Counted from the first letter of the stretch, positions 54,780-64,000 are shown. The stretch: 64,000 nt of DNA from Nevskiaceae bacterium (GCA_037445285.1 JBBIKV010000007.1:3752-67751); one strand, 5' to 3'. Made by a program: numbers and translations. Notes: generated by a model not told the origin, from the sequence alone.

Positions 54780-56378
54780 ATGCCCAGCCCGAAACCCGTC
54801 CTGCGCGAAGCGCTGACCGAACCCGCCATTGCGCTGCCCTTGGACGATGTCCCGGCCGCCGAGCGTCATCATTCGCTGGATGCGCGCGCGTGGCTCATGA
54901 CGGTCGCGCTGTTCCTGGTGCCCCTGGTAACGTATTGGCCGGCCACGTTCCATGACTATGGCCTGCGCGACGACTACTCGAATTTGCGCGAGGCTCACGA
55001 GGAGCCCGGCGTGGTGGTCCAGTTCTGCGCCTCGCACGCCCGGCCGATATATGGGTGGCTGCTGCAGGCCACCTACGGTCAGACATCCAGCGTGCAGAAT
55101 CTTCAGTGGATGCGTCTCCTGGCCTCGATGCTGCTCGGCGCCATCTCGCTGGTGATGTTCCGGGGACTGCGCACCCTTGGGTGGTCCTTCAACACCAGCC
55201 TGTGCTTCGCCATTCTCCTGGCACTGGTGCCCTCGGCGCAGGTCATCGCCGGCTGGGCGGTCGGCTGGCCCTACGCCGCCACCGCACTGCTCGCCGTCGG
55301 CGGCTTCTACACCGTGGAGGGGGCTCTGGCGGTCGGGCTCAGCGCCGGCCCGGGGCGCGCCACCGGCCAATGGATGCTGGCGCTGGGCCTCATGGTGGTG
55401 AGCGCGCTCATCTACCAGCCGAGCGCCCTCTTCTACGTCGTGCCGCTGGCGGGTGCGCTGATCGCGCAACGACGGCGCAGTGCCCGACAAACCGTGCGCT
55501 GGCTCGGCGTGCACCTGGGCTTCGTCGTCGCAGCCCTCGGTCTCGCGTACTGCACCATGACCTCGTTGTACGCCGGCGGAGTCTTCGTCAAGTCCGGCCG
55601 GGTCGCCTTCGAACACCACTGGGGCGAGAAAGTCGCCTGGTTTCTGCGGGAAACCCTGCCGAATGCCCTCAGCCTGTTCGTGTTGAACGACAATAACCTG
55701 CGCGACCACGGCCTGTATCTGGCCTGCGCGGGCCTGGTAGGTGCCATCCTGCTGGGCGGGCTCATCGCCGAGTGGCGACGCCACGGCCGCAGCCGCGGCC
55801 TGATTTGGGCCGCCGGCCTGTTCGGACTGCCGGTCTTCGCGCTGGGAGTGAGCCTGGTCGCATCGGAACGCTACGCCACCTACCGCACCATCCTGGCGAT
55901 GACGGCGGTACTCCTGTGCTTCCTGGTCGCCTCCGTGCATGCGCTCACCGAACACTGGGGCGTTTCCCGCCGCAAGCTGCTGGGGACCGCCGCCGTGGTC
56001 GCGGCCTTTTTCGCGGCCCAACATCACGTCTACGCGCTGATCGCGGTCCCACAGGGCAACGAGTGGCAGCTCATCCTGTCCGGGGCGCGGCGCGTCCACC
56101 TCAACGCGCCGGCCCGGCCGCGCATCTTCGCCATCGCCTCCTCGCCGGCCGACGTGTCGACCGCGACGATCTACCACGATGAGTTCGGTTCGCTGTCCTC
56201 GAATTCCGAGTGGGTGCCGAAGGAGATGTTCAAGCGCGCGATGCACGACCTGCACCCGGACGTGCCCAATCTCGATTCACGCTACGAGTTCTCGGAGGGC
56301 TACAAGCTCCCCGCGGGCCGTCATTACGACGTGATCATCGACATGCACCGGCTGCGGCACTACTACACCGACAATTGA
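54780..56378 (+). CDS. Polytopic membrane protein, GT-C-like (glucosyltransferase-domain family)
   Basis: 532 aa from the ATG at 54780. At least 9 hydrophobic segments. An acidic GLRDDYS motif follows the first helix, as in GT-C-fold transferases. The family assignment is tentative. Confidence 0.5.
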   Translation: MPSPKPVLREALTEPAIALPLDDVPAAERHHSLDARAWLMTVALFLVPLVTYWPATFHDYGLRDDYSNLREAHEEPGVVVQFCASHARPIYGWLLQATYGQTSSVQNLQWMRLLASMLLGAISLVMFRGLRTLGWSFNTSLCFAILLALVPSAQVIAGWAVGWPYAATALLAVGGFYTVEGALAVGLSAGPGRATGQWMLALGLMVVSALIYQPSALFYVVPLAGALIAQRRRSARQTVRWLGVHLGFVVAALGLAYCTMTSLYAGGVFVKSGRVAFEHHWGEKVAWFLRETLPNALSLFVLNDNNLRDHGLYLACAGLVGAILLGGLIAEWRRHGRSRGLIWAAGLFGLPVFALGVSLVASERYATYRTILAMTAVLLCFLVASVHALTEHWGVSRRKLLGTAAVVAAFFAAQHHVYALIAVPQGNEWQLILSGARRVHLNAPARPRIFAIASSPADVSTATIYHDEFGSLSSNSEWVPKEMFKRAMHDLHPDVPNLDSRYEFSEGYKLPAGRHYDVIIDMHRLRHYYTDN

Positions 56379-56382
56379 AGCC

Positions 56383-56404
56383 GGCGCCGGGCGGGGCCGG
56401 CGCC
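56383..56404. terminator. GC-rich hairpin between convergent genes (possible bidirectional terminator)
   Basis: GGCGCCGG-gcgggg-CCGGCGCC, a perfect 8-bp stem, lies 5 nt after the stop at 56378 and 33 nt from the receptor stop at 56437. There is no clear U-tract on either strand. Confidence 0.3.
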
Positions 56405-56436
56405 CGATGCCGGTCCCGACCGCCGGCCCGGCCGGT

Positions 56437-58881
56437 TCAGAATCTCTGCCCGAACTTGACGCCGAATATCCGCGGCTTGATCGGATAGACCCGGTAGTTC
56501 TGGTAGCAATAATTATTGCCGCACTCGCCATACCGGTTGAGCTGACCCCTCTCGTCGAACGCATTTTCGATGTACATCTCGGCGGTCCAGTTGTTCAGGG
56601 CCGTTCCCACCGAGAAATCCGCGCTGGTGAAGGCCGGCGTCTGCCCCATGATCGCCTCGACGCCGGCCTCCAAGGCGGAATTGGCCGCGCTCTGGTGCAG
56701 CACCGAGGCCTGGGCGAAGCTCTTGTAAGCACCCACGTCGAATCCGTAGCGTGCCGTCAGATTGCCCTTGAACGAGGGCGTCACCGGCAGACGGCTGCCG
56801 CTCGGCGCATCGGCGGCGCCCGCGCAGCTCGGCAGCAACTGCCCGTAATTGGGCGACGTCTTGTCCTTGTTCTCGCCGCAGAAGTCCGTGGTGGTCTTCG
56901 CGTCGACGTAGGTCCCTGAGGCGGACAATTCCAATCGTTCGAGGGCGAGCCAGGTGACGTCGGACTCGATGCCCTTCACCGTCGCATTGCCGACGTTGAA
57001 AATGTCCGTGATTCCGTTCGGGCCCGTCACGCCAAGCTGCACGCCCTTCCATTTCTCATAGAAAACGGCGCCGTTGAACCTGACCCGGTGATCGAACCAA
57101 CCCGTCTTCCAGCCCAGCTCGTAATTGCTCAGGGTGTCCGAGCTGTACGGACCCAGTCCCACGCGGCGGTTGTTCCCGCCCGGCCGGAATCCGGTTGAAT
57201 AGGTCGCGTACACCATGCGATCGGTATCGACCTGGTAGGTCAGGTTCACGCGGTGCGTCTGTCCCGCCTCGCGGATGCCCTTGTCGGTGTTCACGCACGG
57301 CAGATTGGCGCCCACGGCCGGGGCGTTGAAGCAGGAGCTTTCGCCGCTCCCATGGGAGAAGTTGTCGCCGTTGTTGAGGTCCACATAGTTGTTGTTGAAG
57401 CCGAAGAAGCCGTTCAATGTGTTCCGGGCAACGAACCCGCGAATGCCGCCGCTCAGCTTCAACCGGCTGGTGAGGTCGAAAGTCGCGTCGCCGAACACCG
57501 CATAGTCGCGGTCTACCCGTTCCTGCTGGGTGAGATACAGGGTGTTCGTCTGCCCCGTGACCGAAAAATCGTACGCCGGCGTGTTGCCGAGCCCCTGCAG
57601 AATGTACTGGTCGCGGATGTTGTCGGTCTGGCGCTGGTAGAACGCGCCCAGCGTGTATCGGAACCGGTCGGTCACCGGCGAACTGACGCGCAGTTCGTGC
57701 GTCATCTTCGTGTAACGATCGGTCTGCAATTCCGACTGCGTGGGATCGATGAGATTGCCCGCGTTGTTGCGGAAGCGCGAATACCCGTAATAATCGTAGG
57801 CCACCGAATATTCGGAATAATCGGAGGCGATCCGGGTGCTGCGCTCGAAGTAGCCGCCGGAGTAGACGATGTCGAAATTGCTGATCTTGCCCTCGACCGT
57901 CAGCGCGGTCTGGTACCAATGATCGTCGGTCGACGCCGGAACGAAGTCGGTCACCTTGAGATCACCGACCGCGGGATCGAACCCGAAGGTGCCGTTGGTC
58001 GTCTGATGCTGGTACAGCACCATGGGCGTGACCGTCCAATTGTCGTTCAGATCGATCTTGAGCGCGGCGCGACCGCCGTAGGTGTCGACGGGATTGAAGT
58101 CGTTCTTGGCGACGGCCGCGTTGTTGATCGTCAGGGGCTGGTCGGGATAGAGCGCCGGATTAGTCGACGTGCGTGTGTACGTGCGGCTGGCGGGAACGTT
58201 GCTGATGTAGCCGCCGTCGTGCTCGTAGTACCCCACGAGCCGAACGGCGGCGTTGTCCGCAAGCGGGATGTTGACGAAACCCTCGAACTCACCCCCGCCG
58301 GCCCCGGAGCCGTACTTGTCGCCCTTGACGTCGTAGCCGGCGGAAAATTTCGTGGGATCCGGCTTGTTGGTAATCACGCGCAACGTGCCCGACAGCGAAC
58401 TGGCGCCATAGAGCGTGCCTTGCGGACCGGCCAGCGCTTCGACCCGTTCGATGTTGTACACATGCAGATCGACGGAGTTGCCGAGCGCGGTGACGGGAGT
58501 CTCGTCCAGATACAGTCCCGTCGCTGACGCCGAACCCGCATGCAGCCCGTCGCCGCCGCTGGCGATGCCGCGGAAATACAGCTGTGCCTGGCCGGGACCC
58601 AAGGACTGGAAGCTGACGCTCGGCAGGAATTTCGCGTAGTCGTCGAAACTCGAGACCTGCAGCTCCTCCAGTTTCGCTCCTCCGAGCACCTGCATGCTGA
58701 TCGGCACCTTCTGCAGATCCTCCGAGCGCTTCTGGGCCGTGACCACCACTTCGTCCAGGGTGTTGGCGTCCGGCTGGTCGGCGCCCACGCAGGGGCCGGC
58801 CGCGAGCATCGCGGACGCCAGGGGCATGCCGGCCCATCGCGCGCGCAGGCGCATCAGCTTCCTCTTTCGGCTTCGAGTCAT
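56437..58881 (-). CDS. TonB-dependent outer-membrane receptor
   Basis: 814 aa. Signal peptide, plug region (LDEVVVTAQKRSEDLQKVPISMQVL), long beta-barrel and terminal ...KFGQRF. Confidence 0.9.
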   Translation of the reverse strand: MTRSRKRKLMRLRARWAGMPLASAMLAAGPCVGADQPDANTLDEVVVTAQKRSEDLQKVPISMQVLGGAKLEELQVSSFDDYAKFLPSVSFQSLGPGQAQLYFRGIASGGDGLHAGSASATGLYLDETPVTALGNSVDLHVYNIERVEALAGPQGTLYGASSLSGTLRVITNKPDPTKFSAGYDVKGDKYGSGAGGGEFEGFVNIPLADNAAVRLVGYYEHDGGYISNVPASRTYTRTSTNPALYPDQPLTINNAAVAKNDFNPVDTYGGRAALKIDLNDNWTVTPMVLYQHQTTNGTFGFDPAVGDLKVTDFVPASTDDHWYQTALTVEGKISNFDIVYSGGYFERSTRIASDYSEYSVAYDYYGYSRFRNNAGNLIDPTQSELQTDRYTKMTHELRVSSPVTDRFRYTLGAFYQRQTDNIRDQYILQGLGNTPAYDFSVTGQTNTLYLTQQERVDRDYAVFGDATFDLTSRLKLSGGIRGFVARNTLNGFFGFNNNYVDLNNGDNFSHGSGESSCFNAPAVGANLPCVNTDKGIREAGQTHRVNLTYQVDTDRMVYATYSTGFRPGGNNRRVGLGPYSSDTLSNYELGWKTGWFDHRVRFNGAVFYEKWKGVQLGVTGPNGITDIFNVGNATVKGIESDVTWLALERLELSASGTYVDAKTTTDFCGENKDKTSPNYGQLLPSCAGAADAPSGSRLPVTPSFKGNLTARYGFDVGAYKSFAQASVLHQSAANSALEAGVEAIMGQTPAFTSADFSVGTALNNWTAEMYIENAFDERGQLNRYGECGNNYCYQNYRVYPIKPRIFGVKFGQRF

Positions 58882-58898
58882 CGCTGCATCCCCAATTT

Positions 58899-58928
58899 AT
58901 TATCGAGATCGTCCAGCCCGGAGTGTAA
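58899..58928 (-). promoter_or_regulatory. Candidate sigma70 promoter of the TonB-dependent receptor gene
   Basis: On the minus strand: TTACAC (58928..58923), 18 bp, GATAAT (58904..58899). GGGGA lies 8 nt before the ATG at 58881. Confidence 0.35.
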
Positions 58929-58933
58929 GCTGT

Positions 58934-58953
58934 AATTGTACGATCATACAATT
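58934..58953. promoter_or_regulatory. Perfect palindrome AATTGTA-N6-TACAATT; candidate operator
   Basis: Seen directly. It abuts the candidate -35 of the receptor promoter and ends at the stop codon of the sulfotransferase gene (58954). Confidence 0.45.
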
Positions 58954-60972
58954 TCAAATCGACGAAGCGCCCGGGTACTCCGTCAGCACCGGTCCCAAGG
59001 CCTGCTTCAACGGATCCAGCCAGGGCTCGAAACTGCGCCAGTGCTCCAATCCCCCGCGGAAGATCGGCTGCCTGACCTGTTGCGCGCTGGCGGTCCTGAC
59101 CGCGCGGCTGTTTTCGTAGAAACGCAGGCAGCCCGGCTCGAAGGCCAACCCACAGTAGGCAAGCAGCCGCACGGTCTCGGCCTCCGTATCCTCGATCATC
59201 CGCTCGTAGAACACCCGATGGACCGCTCCCGGCAGCGCATCATCGAAGTGTTGCATCAAATCGACGTAATCGCGGTAATAACGTCCCAACTCCTCGAGGC
59301 TGTACGTGTAGTGCTGGCCCTTGGCGAAATGCTGTTTGAATCCGGAGAAGCACGAGGCCATCGGATGACGGCGCGCGTCCACGATCCTGGCTTTCGGCAG
59401 CATCAGGCGGATCAGCCCTATGTGCATGAAATTGTTCGGCATCTTGTCGATGAAGAAGGGCCGGTCGGTTTTGCGCTGGATGCGCGTGCGTTCCAGGTAC
59501 TCCTCGCCGAGAGCCCGGCAGTCCCCGGCGCTCAGTCCGGCGAGCGCCTCGGGGTAGTTCGACTCCTCCGTCTTGAACTTCCTTCCGCTCAGCCGTCGCG
59601 CCAGGGCGATGACGTCGGGCAGTTCCATGGTGCCCTCCACCGCCGAGTGACTCGAGAGTATCTGTTCTATCAGCGTCGAACCCGCCCGCGGCAGCCCGAC
59701 GATGAAAATCGGATCCTGCGCCGGCAGCCCATGGCCCGTGCGCTCGGCAAAGAACTGCCGCGTCAGCAGCGCCTTGGAGCGTCGGACATGCTGCGACGTC
59801 TCAGCGGCATCGTAGTCGAGGCCCGCGCGCCGGCGCCGGTTGCCCGACGCATAGCACGCGAAGGACTCCTCGAAGCGGCCCGCATCTTCGAACGCCTTCC
59901 CCAGGGCGAATTCGAAATGCAACAGGTCCTCGTCTCTCGACCCGGCACGGGTCGATTGCGCCTGCATCGCGGTCATTTCTTCGGCGGTAAAGCGGAAGGT
60001 CTTCAGATTGGCGAGACTCCAATAAGCCTCACCGAACTGCGGCGCCAGTTCGATGCACCGGCGATAGGCGGCGATGGCTTCGGTTTCGCGGCCCGCCGTT
60101 GCCAGGGCATGGCCGTAGCTCATCCATATCGCCGGCTGCCGCGGATCGGATTCGAGCACATCCGCATAGATCTCGATCGACTCCCGGTATTCGCCGATCC
60201 GAGCCAATACGACCGCCTTCAAGTTCCGGTGGCCCGTGTTGCGTGGATCTCGTTGCGCCAGCAGTTCGATCTGCTTCAATGCCGCGGCGGGCTTGTTTTG
60301 GCGGTGTAGCACGATGGCATAGTTGTGCCGCGCACCGTCGAAACTCGGCGCCAACTCCAGACAGCGGATCAGCAGATTTTCCGCATCCTGGTAGCGACCG
60401 ATGCGCCCGGCCACCTCGGCGAGCATGCGGATCGCCGCCACATCGGTCGGATGCCGCTTCAAGTGCTCCTTGAGCAGCCGCTCCGCCCGCGGGATGTCGT
60501 TCCCGCACAATGCCGCCGCCGCCGCCATCAGGCGCGGATCCTTGGTCGACGACTTGATGTGCTGTGCGTAGGCGCGATCCGCTCCGGCACGATCTCCGAG
60601 CATGGTCAGTTGATCGCCGATCGCACGCCAAACGTCCGGCAGGTCGGGCTTCAACGCGACCGCCCGCTGCAGTACGGCGACGGCCGGTTCGTGGCGTCCG
60701 GAATCGGCGAAGGCCAGGCCGAGTTCGACGTGCGCGGCGGCCGAGTGCGGTTGCAGGGCGACGAGCCGCTGCAGCGGCTCGATGGCTCCCGTGGAGTTCC
60801 CGGCGGCCCGCCGCGCCGCCCCGAGGATCAGGATGCCCAACGGATGATCGGGAGCCACCTTCAGGATCTCGACCGCCTGCGCCTCGGCGAGGCTGGCATC
60901 ACCCTCGAGGAGCCGACCCGCATGCGTCAGAGCCTCCTCGATCGTGCCGGCCGGATCACGCGCCGGAGTCAT
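58954..60972 (-). CDS. TPR-repeat protein fused to a PAPS-type sulfotransferase domain
   Basis: 672 aa. The N-terminal ~370 aa are TPR-like repeats. The C-terminal domain has a 5'-PSB-like loop (IFIVGLPRAGSTLIEQILSSH) and ARRHPMASCFS, typical of Sulfotransfer_3-type enzymes. Confidence 0.8.
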   Translation of the reverse strand: MTPARDPAGTIEEALTHAGRLLEGDASLAEAQAVEILKVAPDHPLGILILGAARRAAGNSTGAIEPLQRLVALQPHSAAAHVELGLAFADSGRHEPAVAVLQRAVALKPDLPDVWRAIGDQLTMLGDRAGADRAYAQHIKSSTKDPRLMAAAAALCGNDIPRAERLLKEHLKRHPTDVAAIRMLAEVAGRIGRYQDAENLLIRCLELAPSFDGARHNYAIVLHRQNKPAAALKQIELLAQRDPRNTGHRNLKAVVLARIGEYRESIEIYADVLESDPRQPAIWMSYGHALATAGRETEAIAAYRRCIELAPQFGEAYWSLANLKTFRFTAEEMTAMQAQSTRAGSRDEDLLHFEFALGKAFEDAGRFEESFACYASGNRRRRAGLDYDAAETSQHVRRSKALLTRQFFAERTGHGLPAQDPIFIVGLPRAGSTLIEQILSSHSAVEGTMELPDVIALARRLSGRKFKTEESNYPEALAGLSAGDCRALGEEYLERTRIQRKTDRPFFIDKMPNNFMHIGLIRLMLPKARIVDARRHPMASCFSGFKQHFAKGQHYTYSLEELGRYYRDYVDLMQHFDDALPGAVHRVFYERMIEDTEAETVRLLAYCGLAFEPGCLRFYENSRAVRTASAQQVRQPIFRGGLEHWRSFEPWLDPLKQALGPVLTEYPGASSI

Positions 60973-60996
60973 CGGCCGCCTCGCGAGCGTGCCACC

Positions 60997-62259
60997 CTAC
61001 AGACCGAGTCGGTCGGCGATCCGTCCGCGCAGGATGGCGGCGCGCACCGCCAGCGGCCACCACGAGTGCAGGCCGATCGGTTCGATGGTCGTGATCGGCA
61101 TCGGGAATGAAGCGCCGGGATCGAGTATGCGTTGCGCAAGCTGCGCCCCCATCGTGGTCGCCATTGCGACACCGCGGCCATTGTAACCCAGGCACGCCAA
61201 CAGCCCCGTCGCCGGCTCGTGCACGTGCGGATACTGGTCCCGCGTCATCGCGAGACGCCCGCCCCAGGCGTGGGTCCACGCCACCTCGCGCAGTCCCGGC
61301 CAGAGCGCGCGGGCATAGTCCCGCAAGTGGCGTATCGCCGCGGGATCGGAGATTTCGCGAAGCGGTCCCCGCCCTCCGATCAACAGCCTCCCGGCGGCAT
61401 CGATGCGGTAATAGACGGTGATGGCGCCGATCTCGTACAGCACGGCGCGAGCGGGCATGACCGCGCGCGCGAGCGGCGCCGGCAACGCCGCGGTGGCGGC
61501 GATGGCGCCGAACAAGGGCACGACGCTGCGCCGCAACTCCGGCCACAGATCGTCGGTGTAGCCGTTGGTGGCAAGCACGACGTGCGGCGCCGTGACCGTG
61601 CCGGCTCCCGTGCCGACGGCCCAGCCTGAGCCCGCGCGCTTCAGGCTCGAGGCGCGGGTCCCGCCGTGAATCCTGGCGCCCGCACGCCGGGCGGCGAGCG
61701 CCAGTCCCCGGGCAAAGCTCAGTGGATTCAAATCGCCGCCGCGGCGATCCCACATTGCCGCCGCGTAATGCGCGGTGCCGGTCATCCGCGACAGATCCGC
61801 ACCCTCCAGTACCTCGACGGGAGCGCCGCGCCGGCGCCATTGTTCGGCCGTGACGCGCAGGCGCGCCACCTGCCTGGCGCGCACGGCGGCGCGCAACGTC
61901 CCCCCGCGACGGGCCTCACAGGAAATGCCGAGGCGTTCGACGAGGTCGAACACGAAGGCCGGCGCATTGCCCGACAGCGCATTCATGCGTTCGCCCAGGT
62001 CCCGGCCGAACTCCCTCTCGATCGAGTCGGGGTCGGCCTTCAATCCCGGATTGACCTGCCCGCCGTTGCGGCCCGATGCGCCCCACCCCGGTGCTTCGGC
62101 TTCGAGGAGCACGGTGGCCGCACCCCGCTCGGCGAGGTGCAGCGCGGTCGACAGTCCGGTGAATCCGCCCCCGACCACCACGACGTCGGCGCGCGCGTCG
62201 CCATCGAGCGGCGGCGCGGCTACGGGCGGCGGCGCCGTTTCCTCATAGACATTCGGCAC
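60997..62259 (-). CDS. DAO-family FAD-dependent oxidoreductase
   Basis: 420 aa from the GTG at 62259, 4 nt after the upstream stop; the ORF is also open to 62334. VVVVGGGFTGLSTALHLAERGA dinucleotide fold. Confidence 0.8.
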   Translation of the reverse strand: MPNVYEETAPPPVAAPPLDGDARADVVVVGGGFTGLSTALHLAERGAATVLLEAEAPGWGASGRNGGQVNPGLKADPDSIEREFGRDLGERMNALSGNAPAFVFDLVERLGISCEARRGGTLRAAVRARQVARLRVTAEQWRRRGAPVEVLEGADLSRMTGTAHYAAAMWDRRGGDLNPLSFARGLALAARRAGARIHGGTRASSLKRAGSGWAVGTGAGTVTAPHVVLATNGYTDDLWPELRRSVVPLFGAIAATAALPAPLARAVMPARAVLYEIGAITVYYRIDAAGRLLIGGRGPLREISDPAAIRHLRDYARALWPGLREVAWTHAWGGRLAMTRDQYPHVHEPATGLLACLGYNGRGVAMATTMGAQLAQRILDPGASFPMPITTIEPIGLHSWWPLAVRAAILRGRIADRLGL

Positions 62260-62263
62260 GGCG

Positions 62264-64000
62264 CTATTCCATGTCCTGGAAGACGGCCCGCGCTCTCGAC
62301 AACCGCTCAAGCACCGCCTGCTTCTCGGCCGCATCGTTCCAGCCGGGATGGGCGGCGGTCGTTTCGGTCACGCGATCGATCCAGGCCGCGAAATAGCGCG
62401 CATCGCCGGGCGAACGCGGCGCCCGGCCCGCGATCGTGACGTAGATCGGGCTGGTGGTCGCGTACACGTAGTTGTCGAGCACGGGATGATGCGCACCGTC
62501 GGTCGAGGCCCTCGCCAGGCACCAACCGCTTTGCGCCAGGGCGATGCTGCCGGTGAATTCCCCGTGATCGATGGGTTGGCGTGAGGTGAAGGATTTGACG
62601 ACCCGGCCGTTGCAGACGATTTCAAGGTGGTCGACCGCGACGATCGAGCGCAGCCGCACCGAATACCGCATCCGCGGCCGCGCGGCCCCGTAGTGCAGTT
62701 CGTCGCCGAGCGTGACGCCATCGAGCGTGAATCCCAGGAGAGGCCCGTTGGTCGCGAAACTGCGTCCATGCTTCAGCGCGTCCAACCACTGCGCTTGGTC
62801 GAGCCCTTCCCCGGGAACCCGGGCATACACGCGATTCATGCCGACCGGTCCGCGCAGCGACGCGAAATCGGCCATGGCGTCGGTGCCGCCCGCCGCCGGA
62901 ATGCGAAATCCCAGATTCAGCAATTGATACCACACCCTCGCCGTCGCGCGGTGGTCGCTGAAGCCGAGGATCTCCATGTAGTCGACCTTGCCCAGCGCCA
63001 CGTCGACCGGCAGCTCGCTGGTCAGCACCTCGTGCGGCCTGGCCAGCGGTTCGGGGTAATCGTCGAAGGGATGCACATACCCCACCAACGCCCCGCGCGC
63101 GTGCGCGATGTCCGCCACGTCCGCGTTCATGGGGTACAGGCTCGACGCCGCCGTGTTGGGATAGCCCGCATACCCCGGAAGGATCACCCCGCCCGCAAGA
63201 TCCAGCAATCCCAGATGTCCCCAATAGCTGGTGTGAAACTCCTGGCCATGCACCACCAGCGCGTCCGGCCGCGAGGCCGGATCCTGCCGGACGCCGTCGT
63301 AGGCGATGTCGGGGAAGCGCTGTTCCTTGTTGACGATCAGCGAGTTCACGATGCCGAGGTTCTCCGCCTGCGCCTGCAGGACGAGATGCGCCGGAGTGTT
63401 CCGATAGGCGCCCCCGTAATTCATGTGCACGTGGACGTCCGCGCTCACCCAATGACCCGGGGCGGGTACGGTCCAGGTTCCTTCGCCGAGGTCGACGGCG
63501 ACATCGACGGTTTGTCCGGCGGGGACCATGACGCGGCGCTGCTCGAACCGGCGTTCGAACCCATGCAGAATCTCGATGCTCGTCGCACCCGCCGGCACCT
63601 CGAGCGACTCGGTGCCGCGGGCGTGGAAATAATGGCTCTCGAAGGCGCGCTCGTGGCGGTCGAATCCGTCGTCGGCGTGAATCCACTCGCCGACGGGCGC
63701 GTGGAACCGTCCCGCCGCATCGGTGATGCTGACCCGTGCCGACGCCGGCCGTCCTGCCGCATCCTCGATCCGCAGGTTCAGGTGCCCCATGGGCAGCAGA
63801 TGCTGCCGGTCGGCGATCTCGAGCGGCGTGACGTCGCCGCCGGGGACCCGTTCGATGTCGATGCGGGTGTCGCCGTCCTGGTTCGAGATGAACGCCACGC
63901 GGCTGCCGTCCGGAGACCAGCGCGCACCGGTCTGGTCCCAATCGCCATAGGCGAGGGGAAAGGCATCGCCGCCGGCGGACGGCATGACCCAGAGATTGTG
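62264..64000 (-). CDS. TolB-like beta-propeller fused to PHP-type (CehA/McbA-family) metallohydrolase; 5' end outside window
   Basis: The frame is open to the window edge (...HNLWVMPSAGGDAF...WSPDGSRVAFISNQDG, TolB-type blades). The C-terminal part has VSADVHVHMNYGG and later His/Asp blocks resembling CehA/McbA PHP hydrolases (from memory). Confidence 0.65.
   Translation of the reverse strand, partial: HNLWVMPSAGGDAFPLAYGDWDQTGARWSPDGSRVAFISNQDGDTRIDIERVPGGDVTPLEIADRQHLLPMGHLNLRIEDAAGRPASARVSITDAAGRFHAPVGEWIHADDGFDRHERAFESHYFHARGTESLEVPAGATSIEILHGFERRFEQRRVMVPAGQTVDVAVDLGEGTWTVPAPGHWVSADVHVHMNYGGAYRNTPAHLVLQAQAENLGIVNSLIVNKEQRFPDIAYDGVRQDPASRPDALVVHGQEFHTSYWGHLGLLDLAGGVILPGYAGYPNTAASSLYPMNADVADIAHARGALVGYVHPFDDYPEPLARPHEVLTSELPVDVALGKVDYMEILGFSDHRATARVWYQLLNLGFRIPAAGGTDAMADFASLRGPVGMNRVYARVPGEGLDQAQWLDALKHGRSFATNGPLLGFTLDGVTLGDELHYGAARPRMRYSVRLRSIVAVDHLEIVCNGRVVKSFTSRQPIDHGEFTGSIALAQSGWCLARASTDGAHHPVLDNYVYATTSPIYVTIAGRAPRSPGDARYFAAWIDRVTETTAAHPGWNDAAEKQAVLERLSRARAVFQDME

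Noticed and set aside
60997-62334. Longer 445-aa version of the second DAO flavoprotein
   Set aside because: The first 25 codons (MRPRSRRCLSGCRERGPSSRTWNSA) overlap the upstream gene's 3' end and look non-coding. The GTG at 62259 sits 4 nt after the upstream stop and about 30 residues before the GxGxxG fold.
1-64000. Mobile elements, prophage, CRISPR arrays, defence islands, rRNA/tRNA genes
   Set aside because: I saw no transposase, integrase, recombinase, Cas, restriction/modification, toxin-antitoxin or phage-like ORFs. I found no repeat-spacer arrays and no intergenic gap long enough to hold an rRNA gene. The short gaps showed no tRNA-like cloverleaf candidates by eye, but a tRNAscan/Infernal run would be needed for certainty.

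Overview
High-GC (about two-thirds G+C by eye), densely coding chromosomal segment of proteobacterial type. Supporting signs are a TonB-dependent receptor, OmpW, lipoboxes, AceK, SlyX and SelO. I call about 57 protein genes on both strands, many in tightly coupled or overlapping operons. I saw no rRNA, tRNA, CRISPR array, transposase, integrase or phage genes, and no recognisable defence module. Content is mostly metabolism, transport and signalling. In order: a TauD-type dioxygenase and an M16 peptidase; a LysR + LigAB-like extradiol dioxygenase + truncated globin; an acyl-CoA dehydrogenase/CoA-transferase pair; a PAS-GGDEF cyclase; an OmpR/HK pair with DegP; a MatB-like ligase; two HDOD proteins; a selO-slyX-flavoprotein-PghP-like operon; a lactate permease; XdhC; a lipase-OmpW pair; a polyamine-type ABC transporter with a GNAT; gph, cytochrome c551-like, xthA and wrbA; a RamB/ScfR-like regulator divergent from aceK; glgX, a frameshifted phosphoketolase and ackA; a rhomboid protease, an SLT and a second GGDEF cyclase. 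Two blocks look most worth following up. (1) A GntR-headed periplasmic trio on the minus strand: MBL hydrolase, SoxYZ-like single-Cys carrier, and a rhodanese-like C-x3-CW fusion protein. From memory it matches the poorly understood 'quinoprotein relay' accessory set, but it sits next to a lactate permease with no PQQ dehydrogenase in the window. (2) A minus-strand cluster at the 3' end: TolB-propeller/PHP-type hydrolase, DAO flavoprotein, TPR-sulfotransferase and TonB-dependent receptor, with a perfect palindrome in the receptor promoter. All family assignments come from reading the translations by eye. No database search was run.
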